Of a stretch of 54,774 bases of DNA, positions 27,124-37,892 are shown one piece after another; within the stretch, counting starts at the first letter, position 1; each line of letters opens with the position of its first letter. The position numbers and the translations under genes are program-made. Below the pieces are notes generated by a model, which saw nothing but the letters and a program-made list of their open reading frames with translations, did not search any database and was not told the origin of the DNA. Source of the stretch: a virus (lineage: Duplodnaviria > Caudoviricetes); the IMG/VR virus record IMGVR_UViG_3300027896_002339, positions 1 through 54,774 of that record; one strand, given 5' to 3'.

Positions 27124-27283
27124 TATTGACCTCGCTAGTATTTTGGGGTATTCTATATTTTTCTTCTAGGATCATAGCAGATTCTTCAATTAACTCAAAT
27201 AGTTTCTTATCAGTATATGCAGAAATTATTCTTAATCGCTTATGTAATAATTTATCTATCTGAATAGTAGTAACGTCGTTCAT
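27116..27283 (-). CDS. small ribbon-helix-helix-like regulator (not in ORF track)
   Basis: MNDVTTIQIDKLLHKRLRIISAYTDKKLFELIEESAMILEEKYRIPQNTSEVNNE; AAGGAG SD. Confidence 0.75.
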   Translation of the reverse strand: MNDVTTIQIDKLLHKRLRIISAYTDKKLFELIEESAMILEEKYRIPQNTSEVNNE

Positions 27284-27406
27284 ATAATCTCCTTATAGAA
27301 TTATGAATACAATGGTTTATATAATTTATTCATTCTGTTTATCAGATCATTTTTACTTAAATAAAAATAAATAAGTTTGAATGATGAATAAATTAAAAGG
27401 TTTTTT

Positions 27407-28345
27407 ATGAATTTGATACAAGAGCAATTCCTAAATTTTCAATTGAAATCTGCACTTAGGCGTGTGGGGTATTCAAATACTACGGTTGGTGAAATTGGTG
27501 AAGATAGCATTTATACAAACGAAAAAATAAAAAAAACCTTCATAGAATCAATATCAGATCAAGATACTTTTAAACCTATCATGGGTGATATAATTAGATT
27601 GATTGAAAGCGATCGAATTGTCCCTGTTCATGTTGAGGTTGGATTAGTAAAAAGAGTCATTCTCTTTTTTTCTAAAAACAAAAGAAAATTTGCGCAATCT
27701 AATTTTGCTATGGCATTTTTTGATAACGAAACAAGAAAGATTTTCGTATTAGTTGAAAACATTACAAACTTTAATTATTGGATGAAGCAAGAAAGTTTGT
27801 CATTGGTATTGCTGCACGAGTTACAACACATGACATCAACATTGTTTCCTAATTCTTTTATGAATCTTCATGGAAAGTATATTTCAAGATACTTTAAGTA
27901 TTTTATAAACTTATATTTTAAGGCTCCTATAACAGATAAAGATTCATTTAGAATAGCAACGTGGTTACATTACAAAACAGAAACAACAAAAGGTAGAGCA
28001 ACGTTGACCAGCTCAACATCAAAAGAATATTTTCAATTGCTGTGGTCAATATTAGATTCCCATTTTGAATCAAAAGATAAATTGAAGAAATCTGTAATAG
28101 ATTATTTTAATGTGATAACCGTGTATATGCAGCAACCAGAGCTATACTCTCATCTTGTTCACAGTAAAGATCCGAAGATGTTTTATATGTTCAAGTGTTT
28201 ACGAGAGTCTTATAAATCATTGAATATTTTAAAACTGGATTCTCTTTGTATACAAGAAGTTCTATATCCGGGAGAAATAATTTGTATTGAGAGTGAATTT
28301 AATACGCAACCAAGACATTTTCAATTGATATCTAAAATAAAGTGA
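27407..28345 (+). CDS. hypothetical protein with zincin HExxH motif
   Basis: LLHELQH; late motif at 27386. Confidence 0.6.
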   Translation: MNLIQEQFLNFQLKSALRRVGYSNTTVGEIGEDSIYTNEKIKKTFIESISDQDTFKPIMGDIIRLIESDRIVPVHVEVGLVKRVILFFSKNKRKFAQSNFAMAFFDNETRKIFVLVENITNFNYWMKQESLSLVLLHELQHMTSTLFPNSFMNLHGKYISRYFKYFINLYFKAPITDKDSFRIATWLHYKTETTKGRATLTSSTSKEYFQLLWSILDSHFESKDKLKKSVIDYFNVITVYMQQPELYSHLVHSKDPKMFYMFKCLRESYKSLNILKLDSLCIQEVLYPGEIICIESEFNTQPRHFQLISKIK

Positions 28346-28349
28346 TAAC

Positions 28350-31300
28350 ATGAATAAACCTTCAAATAGCGCTCCAGCTGCAACTGCTGATAATAATATT
28401 CAGACGAACCATTTATCTACAGTTCTTTCTAATCTTAATGAAACATTAAGAACGCTTCCTACACAGCTATCTAAGTCACAAGCGTCTGGTGGTGCTATTG
28501 GAAAAGCATATCCTAAGTCCCCAGATGTTGTAGCAGCTATTGATAAATTAAGGGAAAGCAATGTTGCTGCAATTAAACAGAGTTCATCTTTTGGAAAATC
28601 TACCGCCAATTTTAAAGATGATAGAGATGCAAAACAGGGAATGAATAAACAGTTATCTCTATTATCAGAAATACAACAATTACAGCAACAGCAACTTGCA
28701 CAATTAGAATCTCTTCGTGGTGTATTCTCTGATGAAAATAGTGAAGCTGGTGGATTCTTCCATGCTATGGGTACTGGTTTTCAATTATTGATGCCAATAT
28801 TTGCAGGCGGAAAATATAAGAGAGATATAGTAAGAAGTAGTAATCCATTTATTACTATGACATCTGCTTTAATGGAGCAGTATAGATGGCAAAGACTATA
28901 TGGTGAATTAACGAAGCGGCAATTAAATGAGTTGATTAAATTGCAAGGTGGAGAGACACAAGACGTGATTGGTAAGAGAGGTGTGTTTGCCGAATACCTT
29001 CAAAAGAATAGAGTAAAGCTTCTTAATCAAACTGCTAAATGGCTAGAGAAAAAAGAGAAAAAGGGTCAAGGTGGAAAGGTTGGAACTAAAGCTGTTCGTC
29101 TTGGTCATAAAGCGCTGAGTGGTTTTCTGGGCGATTTATTAATGATGGATATGGAACAGAATGACGAGAAGATGCGTGTTGGTTCTGGTTCTGCGATAGA
29201 TAAAGCAATTGAATCATTATCCAAACGAGAAAAACCTTTAAAGAAAGTTAGACTAGAAACTGGTCCTGGGAAAAGAAAAGCTAATTGGGAAAAGATATAT
29301 CTTAAGTATGGGGATGAATTACACGAAGAAATAGCAGAGTTAATGAAGAGTGGTGTAAGACCAGAAAAAGCATATCCAATACTAGCTAAAGCATATAGTG
29401 AAAAACAATTAAAGACTCCGAAATCATTTCTGAAATTTATTTCTATGCTTGGTATGATTGGTGACATGTATAAGACTGTAGAAGAGAAAACTGAAGAAAA
29501 GGGTAAAGGTCTTGGCGGAAGAAAGAGAAAAAGAAAAACTGGTGAATTTTTTAATGCTGAAGAATTATCTTCATCAGAAAAAGATATGTTTCCAATTCTC
29601 CTATCAATAGATCAAAAGAAAGCTTTATTAGAAGAAAAAGGAAAATGGGGATCAAGTAAATTCTTATCAAACATTGATAAAAATATATCTGAATTATTGA
29701 ATGTAGTATCAAAACCAGCAAAGACAGGTTCATTCAATAGCAGTACTGCTGTCCCATCTACCCCGTCCACTCCAGCTACCCCGACGCCAACAGATCCCAA
29801 TGCAAAAATAACAGGACTTAATCAAGGTGCTAAAATTCTTACTGAAGGTTTGGTTAAAGTTCACTCTGGTGAACAGATTGTTCCAACACCTGCTGTTTTA
29901 AAATTAGAAAAGAAATCTTTAACAAATAGATTACTTGCTGAAGGTATTCGATATCAAAGAGCAATGTTGAAACTTGCACAAGAAACAGAATCAGAAAAAG
30001 ATGCAGGTGCAGAAGCGGCGAAAGAATCTGCTGAGTGGGATAAAGTTGGTGGTGACAAAAAACAATCAAAGACACGCGGGATACTTGGTGGGATAGCTGG
30101 TGGTATTAAAGATAAAGTTATTGAGTATGGTATAAAGGCTGGTATAGATGCTGCTGGACTTGGTACAGCATATAAAGTAGGAAAAGGTTTTACTGCTGCT
30201 AAAGGTGTTGCAGCCGGTGCAGCTGGTGCGAGTAAATTGGCACCACTTGGTCTTAAAGGAACTAGAGCTGCAGCTGAAGCTGGGTGGATGGCTAAAGCTG
30301 GAGGCACACTAGTCAAAACTTCTAAATTTGCTGGGGAAGCAGCTGGTCCGTTAGCAATTGCTATAGAATCAGCAAGAGTCTTAAAATTAGATAAAGCAAC
30401 AGATAAAGATAGACTTGACAATTATAGAACTTTTGAAAATGCTACAACAAAATTAACTAATGCAAAAGGTTTTAAACAAACAGCTGCTGCTTATGGTGGA
30501 CTTTTAAAAGAAGGTTTTGGTGATATCGGTGGAATGCTTTATGCTATGGGTTCAGTTAGTACTGAAAATAGAAAGAAGACTAATGTTGAAGCAAAAGAAT
30601 CAGCTAAGTTTGCAGATGAAGGTAAAAACAAAGTTACCAATATAAAATCAACAATAGCAGAAATGAAGAAGTCTGGCGAGATAACTAATAAAGAAGATGA
30701 ATCAGCTATGTCTTCGATTTTAGCAAGTAACAAGTATTCTGATGATGATAAAGATTTTGCTAAGAAATTAATAAGTCAAGGATATGCACCAGTAAAAATT
30801 GAAAGTTATATTAAAGCTAGATCAGAAAAAAGAGAGTTGATAAAAAATGATGCAGAAGCAAATAAAGTAAATGAATTAATTGGAAAGTATGGGAAAGAAA
30901 ATGTTCTTCCACTATACAATACTTTGAAAGATACCGCAGTGGTAGAAAAAATTCTGGTCGAAGGAAATAAAGAAAATAAAGATAAAGCAGCTGACAAGCA
31001 AACCGGAGAAAAAATATCACGGTTAATAAAAACCAATCCAGATAAAAAAGATGTCATCATTAAATTAATTTCAAAGGGCTGGTCCCCAGAACAAATAGCA
31101 TCAGATCTTCATATGGATAGTCCAGATGAATTAAAGAAAGCAGCAACATTAAGTAAAGATGATAGAAATGAGTTAGAAGAACAAATCAAGTGGAAAGAAA
31201 AAATAATCAAACAAGCAGGATCTCCTGGTGGTGTAGATGAATTTTCTAAAAGTCATATTGAAGATACGAAAAAAGAAATTGAAAAATTAAAGGCTCAATT

Positions 31301-32417
31301 GACAGCTGGTGATTTAGATATGACACCAGCTCCCGTATCAAGTGGAAAACCGGTTGCTGATATATCAGGTATTATTGGCGATATAGATAAAGAAAAAGCT
31401 GCTAAAATAGCGGAAGCAAATAAATCAGTAGCAAGTGTATCTAATCCAGGCGCAGTACCCCCTGTTACAGAATCTTCTAAAAAGAAAAATACAGCTGAAC
31501 AAAATGCTGCGCATACTATAGCGAAAATGAAAAAAGGATTGAAGAGTTTCTTTACAATGGGTCTTTCTGATATTCCATCAGCTACCAGCACTGGATCTCC
31601 TGGAGTTATTCCTTTACCTCCAAATACTACAGTGACAGCTCAGAAAAAAGAAAGATCTGTGGGCGATTGGTCTGGTCTTGCTAGTGGTCTTCTTTCTGGT
31701 GATGGATCGATGTCCGCAAATTCTAGAGGCAGAGGCAGAGAAGGCGGACCTGGTATTATTACTAGAGGCGGAGAAATATTAAGAACTGCAGGCGATGATT
31801 TTATATCTACTCAGAAACATAAAGCAAAAGATATAGGTAGACAAGGTGTAGAAGGAATTAAAGAAGCTCCTGGGAGATTCAAAGATTCTTTAATAAACAC
31901 AGCAAATAATCTATCTATCGGAGATATTATATCAATGTCGAAGAGAAAAGGTGGTGTAAAAGAATTTGGTAAAAACGCCTTAAAGTATGCTGCAATGAAT
32001 GCTGGTGGTCAGACTCTTGATGCAGCTGATATGGCGTATGGTGCATCAGATAAAATGATACCCAGACGGTATCTTAATAATCTTGGCGGTGGAGGTATGT
32101 GGGGTGGAAGGAGAGGATCATCTCATCCCGAACCAGTTGAATTGCCAACTTCTCATCGAGGTGAAACTATTAAGCAAACAGCTTTACAAGAGCAACTAAA
32201 CGATTATGCTATAGCTATTAAATCAGCTAAGAAAATGGATAAGGTAGCAGAAAAAACAGAGTTAGCTCAAGAAAAATCAACAAAGAATTTAATACAAAAT
32301 ATTATCAATGTATTATCCATCACTGCAAGTAACGGTGGTGGTGGTGGCGGTGGTGGCGTGACAGCTTTACCACTATGGAGAAACATTGATTCTATTTTGT
32401 CAGGAAACTGTATCTAG
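28350..32417 (+). CDS. tape-measure-like protein
   Basis: 1355 aa; helical, Ala/Gly/Lys-rich, with G-AA-G amphipathic stretches and a Gly-rich end. Confidence 0.6.
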   Translation: MNKPSNSAPAATADNNIQTNHLSTVLSNLNETLRTLPTQLSKSQASGGAIGKAYPKSPDVVAAIDKLRESNVAAIKQSSSFGKSTANFKDDRDAKQGMNKQLSLLSEIQQLQQQQLAQLESLRGVFSDENSEAGGFFHAMGTGFQLLMPIFAGGKYKRDIVRSSNPFITMTSALMEQYRWQRLYGELTKRQLNELIKLQGGETQDVIGKRGVFAEYLQKNRVKLLNQTAKWLEKKEKKGQGGKVGTKAVRLGHKALSGFLGDLLMMDMEQNDEKMRVGSGSAIDKAIESLSKREKPLKKVRLETGPGKRKANWEKIYLKYGDELHEEIAELMKSGVRPEKAYPILAKAYSEKQLKTPKSFLKFISMLGMIGDMYKTVEEKTEEKGKGLGGRKRKRKTGEFFNAEELSSSEKDMFPILLSIDQKKALLEEKGKWGSSKFLSNIDKNISELLNVVSKPAKTGSFNSSTAVPSTPSTPATPTPTDPNAKITGLNQGAKILTEGLVKVHSGEQIVPTPAVLKLEKKSLTNRLLAEGIRYQRAMLKLAQETESEKDAGAEAAKESAEWDKVGGDKKQSKTRGILGGIAGGIKDKVIEYGIKAGIDAAGLGTAYKVGKGFTAAKGVAAGAAGASKLAPLGLKGTRAAAEAGWMAKAGGTLVKTSKFAGEAAGPLAIAIESARVLKLDKATDKDRLDNYRTFENATTKLTNAKGFKQTAAAYGGLLKEGFGDIGGMLYAMGSVSTENRKKTNVEAKESAKFADEGKNKVTNIKSTIAEMKKSGEITNKEDESAMSSILASNKYSDDDKDFAKKLISQGYAPVKIESYIKARSEKRELIKNDAEANKVNELIGKYGKENVLPLYNTLKDTAVVEKILVEGNKENKDKAADKQTGEKISRLIKTNPDKKDVIIKLISKGWSPEQIASDLHMDSPDELKKAATLSKDDRNELEEQIKWKEKIIKQAGSPGGVDEFSKSHIEDTKKEIEKLKAQLTAGDLDMTPAPVSSGKPVADISGIIGDIDKEKAAKIAEANKSVASVSNPGAVPPVTESSKKKNTAEQNAAHTIAKMKKGLKSFFTMGLSDIPSATSTGSPGVIPLPPNTTVTAQKKERSVGDWSGLASGLLSGDGSMSANSRGRGREGGPGIITRGGEILRTAGDDFISTQKHKAKDIGRQGVEGIKEAPGRFKDSLINTANNLSIGDIISMSKRKGGVKEFGKNALKYAAMNAGGQTLDAADMAYGASDKMIPRRYLNNLGGGGMWGGRRGSSHPEPVELPTSHRGETIKQTALQEQLNDYAIAIKSAKKMDKVAEKTELAQEKSTKNLIQNIINVLSITASNGGGGGGGGVTALPLWRNIDSILSGNCI

Positions 32418-32426
32418 GAGAATTTC

Positions 32427-33611
32427 ATGCAATTACCTATAATTTTAGGATGGCCAGGAGCAGTGAATGGTGATGGTCTACCCGCTGAGTTTGAGATGAG
32501 AGATCATATTGAAAGAACAATGCCTATTGCTTATATAGCTCCATGTCATCAAAAATTCCAAATGGGTTTAGAGATATATGATCTAGTATCTGCATGGACT
32601 TCTGCTAGTGGCGGAACTCCTAGTTATGCAGGATATATGTCAACTCTTGGTTTTGAACTCCCACCACCGAAAACCTTTGGACCATATGGTCCATATCTTT
32701 CTGTGATGTATAATGATATTACTGCAATGGGAGAAAGTTATAGTAATTCATTTTCTCAGAGTTCACACCAAGATGAAATAAATAATGCGATGCCACAAGA
32801 CCTCCAAGATCTTATGTTCCTTGCTAATGGTAATGCACAGCAACTAACAGATAAACTAAAAGATCAAGATGGATTTCTTGGCGGAATGGCGGCGGGCGCT
32901 CAATCATCTGCAGCAGATGCCAGTCAAATTGTAGAGAAAGTAATGGGTAAGAAATTTGCCAAGGGTGTTGCTGAAATGACAAGAGGCACAAAAATAGATA
33001 TGCCTATGTTCTGGAGAGGATCCAGTTGGTCAGCTGAATATACTCTTGCTATTAGATTATATTGTCCGTCTGTAAAAGATGATGATCTATATAACAAATT
33101 GATAGTTGGTCCTTATGCAGCTTTAACAGCTTTAGCATTACCCAAAACTGTTGGTAGTGATAATTTTTCATATCAGTGGCCATTCTTGGTTCAATTATTT
33201 ATTCCTGGTGTAGTAAATTTAAGAGCTGGATATGTATCTAGTTTATCAGTTCTTAAAGGCGGTGATGTTAATGATAGAGCGTGGATCGGAAGACCTAATA
33301 TTATAGATTTAAGAATGACTGTAAGTCCATTATATTCTACTGCTTTGCTACCTTTAGATGAGCCAAAAAGTGGACAACCAACATTGCTAAATGAAGTACA
33401 AACTTTAAATACAATTAGTAGAGATATAGAATTGGGTGGTGAGGGTGGTTATGTTAGTATTAATGATGCAACAGCAGGTAATGTTGGACCCCATGTTGGA
33501 CCAGTAACTGATTCAGCATCAACTAATACTGAAGCACCAAGTGGTCCCACACCAGCTCAACAAGAAGCTGGTGCTGCAATGGCCGCTGCTGCTGGAGCTG
33601 GTTCTGGTTAA
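32427..33611 (+). CDS. putative baseplate/tail-tube initiator protein
   Basis: MPMFWRGSSWS.EY.L.IRLY...YQWPFLV...Y.SSLSV.KGG pattern of tube-fold baseplate proteins; follows the tape-measure-like gene. Confidence 0.55.
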   Translation: MQLPIILGWPGAVNGDGLPAEFEMRDHIERTMPIAYIAPCHQKFQMGLEIYDLVSAWTSASGGTPSYAGYMSTLGFELPPPKTFGPYGPYLSVMYNDITAMGESYSNSFSQSSHQDEINNAMPQDLQDLMFLANGNAQQLTDKLKDQDGFLGGMAAGAQSSAADASQIVEKVMGKKFAKGVAEMTRGTKIDMPMFWRGSSWSAEYTLAIRLYCPSVKDDDLYNKLIVGPYAALTALALPKTVGSDNFSYQWPFLVQLFIPGVVNLRAGYVSSLSVLKGGDVNDRAWIGRPNIIDLRMTVSPLYSTALLPLDEPKSGQPTLLNEVQTLNTISRDIELGGEGGYVSINDATAGNVGPHVGPVTDSASTNTEAPSGPTPAQQEAGAAMAAAAGAGSG

Positions 33612-34738
33612 ACATATTTCTTCATGACAAAAGCTAAATAATAAGCTATAAAATTCCTTGAAATGGCTTGTGATTGAATTGATAATCCATTATACCATTT
33701 ATCCAAACCTAACTTAGCAATGATTTCTAAGTGTATACTAGCAATAACTTTCTTAAAATAAACTTCTTGTTTAGTAACTTTGATAGACATTAATTTTTGT
33801 ACATAATCAAGAAACTCAGTACTCTTGATAAAGGAAGTATCTTTCATATCTCTTAATAGTAAATAAAGTGCAGTTTCTAATCTTTCAGAGAATGCTGGGG
33901 AAGCTAGTTTCTTAGCATATTCTTCTGATAGTTTCTTATTAAATTTAATAAGATTAGAAGCATCCGCTACTGCTTCATGATCTATCTTTCCGTATACGCA
34001 TATATCATTTATAATCTTAGAAATAAAACCTCTTAACTTATTCTCGTGACTCGGGTCGTATGCTTCTCTTTCACCAATTTCTGATTTAGACATTTTATTT
34101 TCTTCAATTGACGAATAATATTGAGTGAAGAAACTTTTCATAGACTGCATTATTCTTGTCTTCAAAGCATATATCAAATGATGAATACCATCAGCATTAT
34201 CTCTCATCAAGTCTTTCATATACATTCGAAACATTGCTGAAGAATAATATAGAATACTGTTTGGAATAGTTTTTTGTTTCACAAACATATGATTCTTGGA
34301 TAGACGTTCAAATGCAGATTGAAATGCATCGGAATTACAAAAAGACTGTCTGCTTCCTTTTGGTGTTGTCATTCTATGCAAAGAATTTGTATATGTTCTA
34401 AGTGCAAATAAATGAAAAGCAGATTGTGCTCCAGCAATATCTTTATGCTTTAAAAATTCCTGCGTAATCAGAATCAACAATGTTGTGATAGGATCATGTA
34501 AAAGTTTATATGTTTCCATACCAGGATATTTTAATTGAGAATATTCAACAAGATCTTTCTCATTGCTATTAGTCATGTGCATCAGATCTCTATAGATTTC
34601 AGCTATCTTTGGATAATAACAATTCTCGACCATATTCGCAAACTCAACACTCACTTTATTAATAATAAATGAATGTAATGCTCGATGATCAATTTCAGAA
34701 ACAATTTTTTGAGATCTGGGATTGATTATAGTGTTCAT
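33608..34738 (-). CDS. hypothetical phage protein
   Basis: 376-aa helical ORF at the end of the tail operon. Confidence 0.75.
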   Translation of the reverse strand: MNTIINPRSQKIVSEIDHRALHSFIINKVSVEFANMVENCYYPKIAEIYRDLMHMTNSNEKDLVEYSQLKYPGMETYKLLHDPITTLLILITQEFLKHKDIAGAQSAFHLFALRTYTNSLHRMTTPKGSRQSFCNSDAFQSAFERLSKNHMFVKQKTIPNSILYYSSAMFRMYMKDLMRDNADGIHHLIYALKTRIMQSMKSFFTQYYSSIEENKMSKSEIGEREAYDPSHENKLRGFISKIINDICVYGKIDHEAVADASNLIKFNKKLSEEYAKKLASPAFSERLETALYLLLRDMKDTSFIKSTEFLDYVQKLMSIKVTKQEVYFKKVIASIHLEIIAKLGLDKWYNGLSIQSQAISRNFIAYYLAFVMKKYV

Positions 34739-37700
34739 GTTTTGATATCAATTTCAATTGAGTCTTGAGTAAATCCAACATACTGCGGTGTATAATCTAG
34801 TAATTGCGGTTGTGTCAAATCCTTCTCTATATTGTAATTAAACGTGATATCAATACCAGGACTTAGTATTTCTACATACTGAACACCAGGAATCTTTCTA
34901 ACCACAGTTAATACACTAGATCTATCAAATGGTTTTTGTGTACCCATATAAGGTGAGAAAGCATTGATCAATGTATCTTTAATAGTTTGTTTTAAAGTAT
35001 TTCCTGATACATTAACTGATGGATCTAATTCAACTTTGAATTTAAGTTTCAAAGGAATACTAAATGACTGTACATCAATCCATCCGTCGCCATCATATGC
35101 AACTATTTTTTCATCACCGGCACTATCTAACTCATCTTTTACTTTAACATACATCCCTCTTTTGGGTGCAGTTAAATACCACACAACAGTATTTCCTATT
35201 ATATATGCTTCTGCTATATAGTTTATATAATTAGCCAATGGGAGGTAACTATAACTATCAACTTCACCATTTACAATATATTTTACAGTTCCTTCTGTAT
35301 ATGTTGCACTGCTACTTGATACTGGTGAATCTGCAGTAAACAAAATATCTTCTGGATTTTCCCATTTAAATGGGGTATGAAATCTACTTCTAACAGTATC
35401 ATCTATAGGATTGTATTTTAGATTATTCAAAATACCATGAGTATCTGGGAATTTAACATTAACAGAATCTGTGAGCATTCTGGTACCAGAAAGATCTAGA
35501 TTCTTTATTAACGCTTGCATAACAGTTACTTCGAAATTTGGATATGTTTTATTATCAGCTCTATTTAAAATTCCGCCGCCCTGACCATCATCTAAATAAC
35601 TCGATAGAATTGCTGGAACATTATGAACATCATATTTTGTAGATCCTGGATGAAATACACCATCCCACAAGGATGTCCGTGTTACAGTACTGAACATAAC
35701 ATCTGTTAGATCTTTTCTTACCATAACATCGCTATAATATTGGGATAATTTAATCCACCCTTCTACAGGAACAATAGCGTTTACATCTGTTGTTGGGAGT
35801 TGTGTAACAGGATCAATAAGATGCTGTCCTTGTTCATTGACAAAATAACCTGCGGGATCTCTCAAGAAACCATAACCCCAAAGTGTAAATTCAAATCTTT
35901 GAACTTCTGTTGGTACATCTATATAATTAGGAATTTCAAATTCAAAGTAATTATATTTCGGTCTTTCTGTTGCTAAAACCCAATTAACGTATGTTTGTTC
36001 GTACTCTGTTAGATTACCCCATTTAGTAACCATAGTACAACGTATTTCTGTGCCTGGTATATTATCTTTATTGAATTGATAATCTTCTGGATTGTTTGTA
36101 GGTATATGATTAACATTAACTCTAACTCGCAATGGATATATAGATTGATTCGAGTTCGACGAAGATGAGGAAGATGTGCTGGTTGTATCTGGAATAACTA
36201 CAGTATAATCTATAGTATTCATGGGAATGTATGTATATTGTTGATACCAAGAATATGCACCTTCCTCATATAGAGTTACTGGAGTACCAACTAGATTTTG
36301 AATCATATAATCATAATATGCCATCATGGTATCTGAATGGATTGTGATATTAAAGAGTGTTTGATAATATTCATTGTCGACCATGACTTGCGATGTTCTT
36401 AAAATAGTATATTTATCCAGGATAAAGGTTGGGTCATATACTGAGAAAGTTACATTTCTTGTTGGTACAATTTGAGGAAGATACAATTCATCATGATATA
36501 GTAATGATGCAAATGTCAATATTTCATTTACTTTTAGATCACTTCTTTTTAAAATAGGATACCCTTCAATTACAGGGAAGTCGGATTTTAATATAGTATT
36601 GATATTATCATAATCTAATTCAGAAACTAATCTTTCTTTTGATCTCAGATTAATAATAGCCTGTCTTTTTATTTCAGGTAAAGTTGGTGTATCTTCTCCA
36701 CCTTGTGATTGAACTGGATTTGCTATTTGATAGACAATATTGTAAGTTCTAGATTGTGGATTTCCATATGTATCAACAAGATTATATGAAATTGAATCAC
36801 CTTTAGTGATACCATAAGGAACAACTTCACCATTACTTCCTTGTGTAACATCTAGTTGTACTGTTATAGCTGAATTAGCTGCTGGTTGTTTACCAATAAT
36901 ACCATTACCAAAAAATAATTCGCCTTGGTTAATACCAGAAACAAATACAAATTGTGTTGTACCGGGAGCCATAGTATAGATACCATTACTAGATTCGGTC
37001 CATTCAATCCATACTATACTCTTTCCTTTATTTGTTTCTACATTTATAGATGGATCAAATTTTGATACGTCTGTATTATTAAGAATTAGTTTCTCGCCCG
37101 CTGGTGGTTCTGCTACCCACACTCTAACGTTAGAAATCATTCCTGCGTATGTTAATACTTTAGAGAAAAATTGGTATTGTTGGAGATTAGAAGAAACTAA
37201 AAATTGATTGTATTGCTTTTCGTGCTGAGTAAATGGAAGAGTAAATGACGCATATTTTCCATCTGTTGATAAATAAATTGGTCTATAAAACCCACTACTG
37301 TCTTTGATTGTTAGTGCCGAATTATTTATTATCTCACCCTGAACTACTTTACCCGAGGAAATATTAGCTTGTAGTAATGTTTTATTAAAATTGATTTGAG
37401 CTGCAGATACATTTGAAGTAGGTGAGTCTAATGCTACATCTGCGATCGAATTTATTGTATAAACAATCTCTCCAGCGTATGCTTTAAAATTGTTCGGAAT
37501 ACTAAATACAGTTTGATCCTGTGAGAATGATAACGGGATAGTGAACATCACATCAACAGTAGATGCTTTTGCTTTTGGAACTTCAAAACCAACCCACTGA
37601 ACTAGATTATATACACTCTCTTGCATCTGTGCATCAACCATAAAAAATTCACGGTATATCACAGAATCATAAAAAAGTTGATTGGCGGCTAGAATAGATA

Positions 37701-37863
37701 ATGTATCTGCTATATAAGACATAACACTAGTCTTATAAAAATCTACAGTCTCTAATTGTAGATAAGTCTTAGCATAGTCAATAACCTGAGACCTAATCTT
37801 TTCACGAGAACCGTAAATGTCTATTCCTTCGCCCACTAATTCGTTGAAATTATCCAAAATCAT
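34735..37863 (-). CDS. baseplate wedge subunit (T4 gp6/baseplate-J-like)
   Basis: LFFGNGIIGKQP, QG.NG.V, GGEDTPTL.EIK, RLVS..DY and C-terminal IPGVQYVEI. Confidence 0.8.
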   Translation of the reverse strand: MILDNFNELVGEGIDIYGSREKIRSQVIDYAKTYLQLETVDFYKTSVMSYIADTLSILAANQLFYDSVIYREFFMVDAQMQESVYNLVQWVGFEVPKAKASTVDVMFTIPLSFSQDQTVFSIPNNFKAYAGEIVYTINSIADVALDSPTSNVSAAQINFNKTLLQANISSGKVVQGEIINNSALTIKDSSGFYRPIYLSTDGKYASFTLPFTQHEKQYNQFLVSSNLQQYQFFSKVLTYAGMISNVRVWVAEPPAGEKLILNNTDVSKFDPSINVETNKGKSIVWIEWTESSNGIYTMAPGTTQFVFVSGINQGELFFGNGIIGKQPAANSAITVQLDVTQGSNGEVVPYGITKGDSISYNLVDTYGNPQSRTYNIVYQIANPVQSQGGEDTPTLPEIKRQAIINLRSKERLVSELDYDNINTILKSDFPVIEGYPILKRSDLKVNEILTFASLLYHDELYLPQIVPTRNVTFSVYDPTFILDKYTILRTSQVMVDNEYYQTLFNITIHSDTMMAYYDYMIQNLVGTPVTLYEEGAYSWYQQYTYIPMNTIDYTVVIPDTTSTSSSSSSNSNQSIYPLRVRVNVNHIPTNNPEDYQFNKDNIPGTEIRCTMVTKWGNLTEYEQTYVNWVLATERPKYNYFEFEIPNYIDVPTEVQRFEFTLWGYGFLRDPAGYFVNEQGQHLIDPVTQLPTTDVNAIVPVEGWIKLSQYYSDVMVRKDLTDVMFSTVTRTSLWDGVFHPGSTKYDVHNVPAILSSYLDDGQGGGILNRADNKTYPNFEVTVMQALIKNLDLSGTRMLTDSVNVKFPDTHGILNNLKYNPIDDTVRSRFHTPFKWENPEDILFTADSPVSSSSATYTEGTVKYIVNGEVDSYSYLPLANYINYIAEAYIIGNTVVWYLTAPKRGMYVKVKDELDSAGDEKIVAYDGDGWIDVQSFSIPLKLKFKVELDPSVNVSGNTLKQTIKDTLINAFSPYMGTQKPFDRSSVLTVVRKIPGVQYVEILSPGIDITFNYNIEKDLTQPQLLDYTPQYVGFTQDSIEIDIKT

Positions 37864-37892
37864 ATTAAATCCTCATTTATAATTTGTTCGAT

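Noticed and set aside
28400-31591. Multiple minus-strand ORFs inside the tape-measure-like gene (and similar shadows at 6967-7727, 10334-11555 and 48401-52658)
   Set aside because: These are antisense shadows of long coding regions with no SD and no recognisable motifs.
32333-32357. (GGT/GGC)n tandem repeat
   Set aside because: It is simply a poly-Gly linker in the coding frame.
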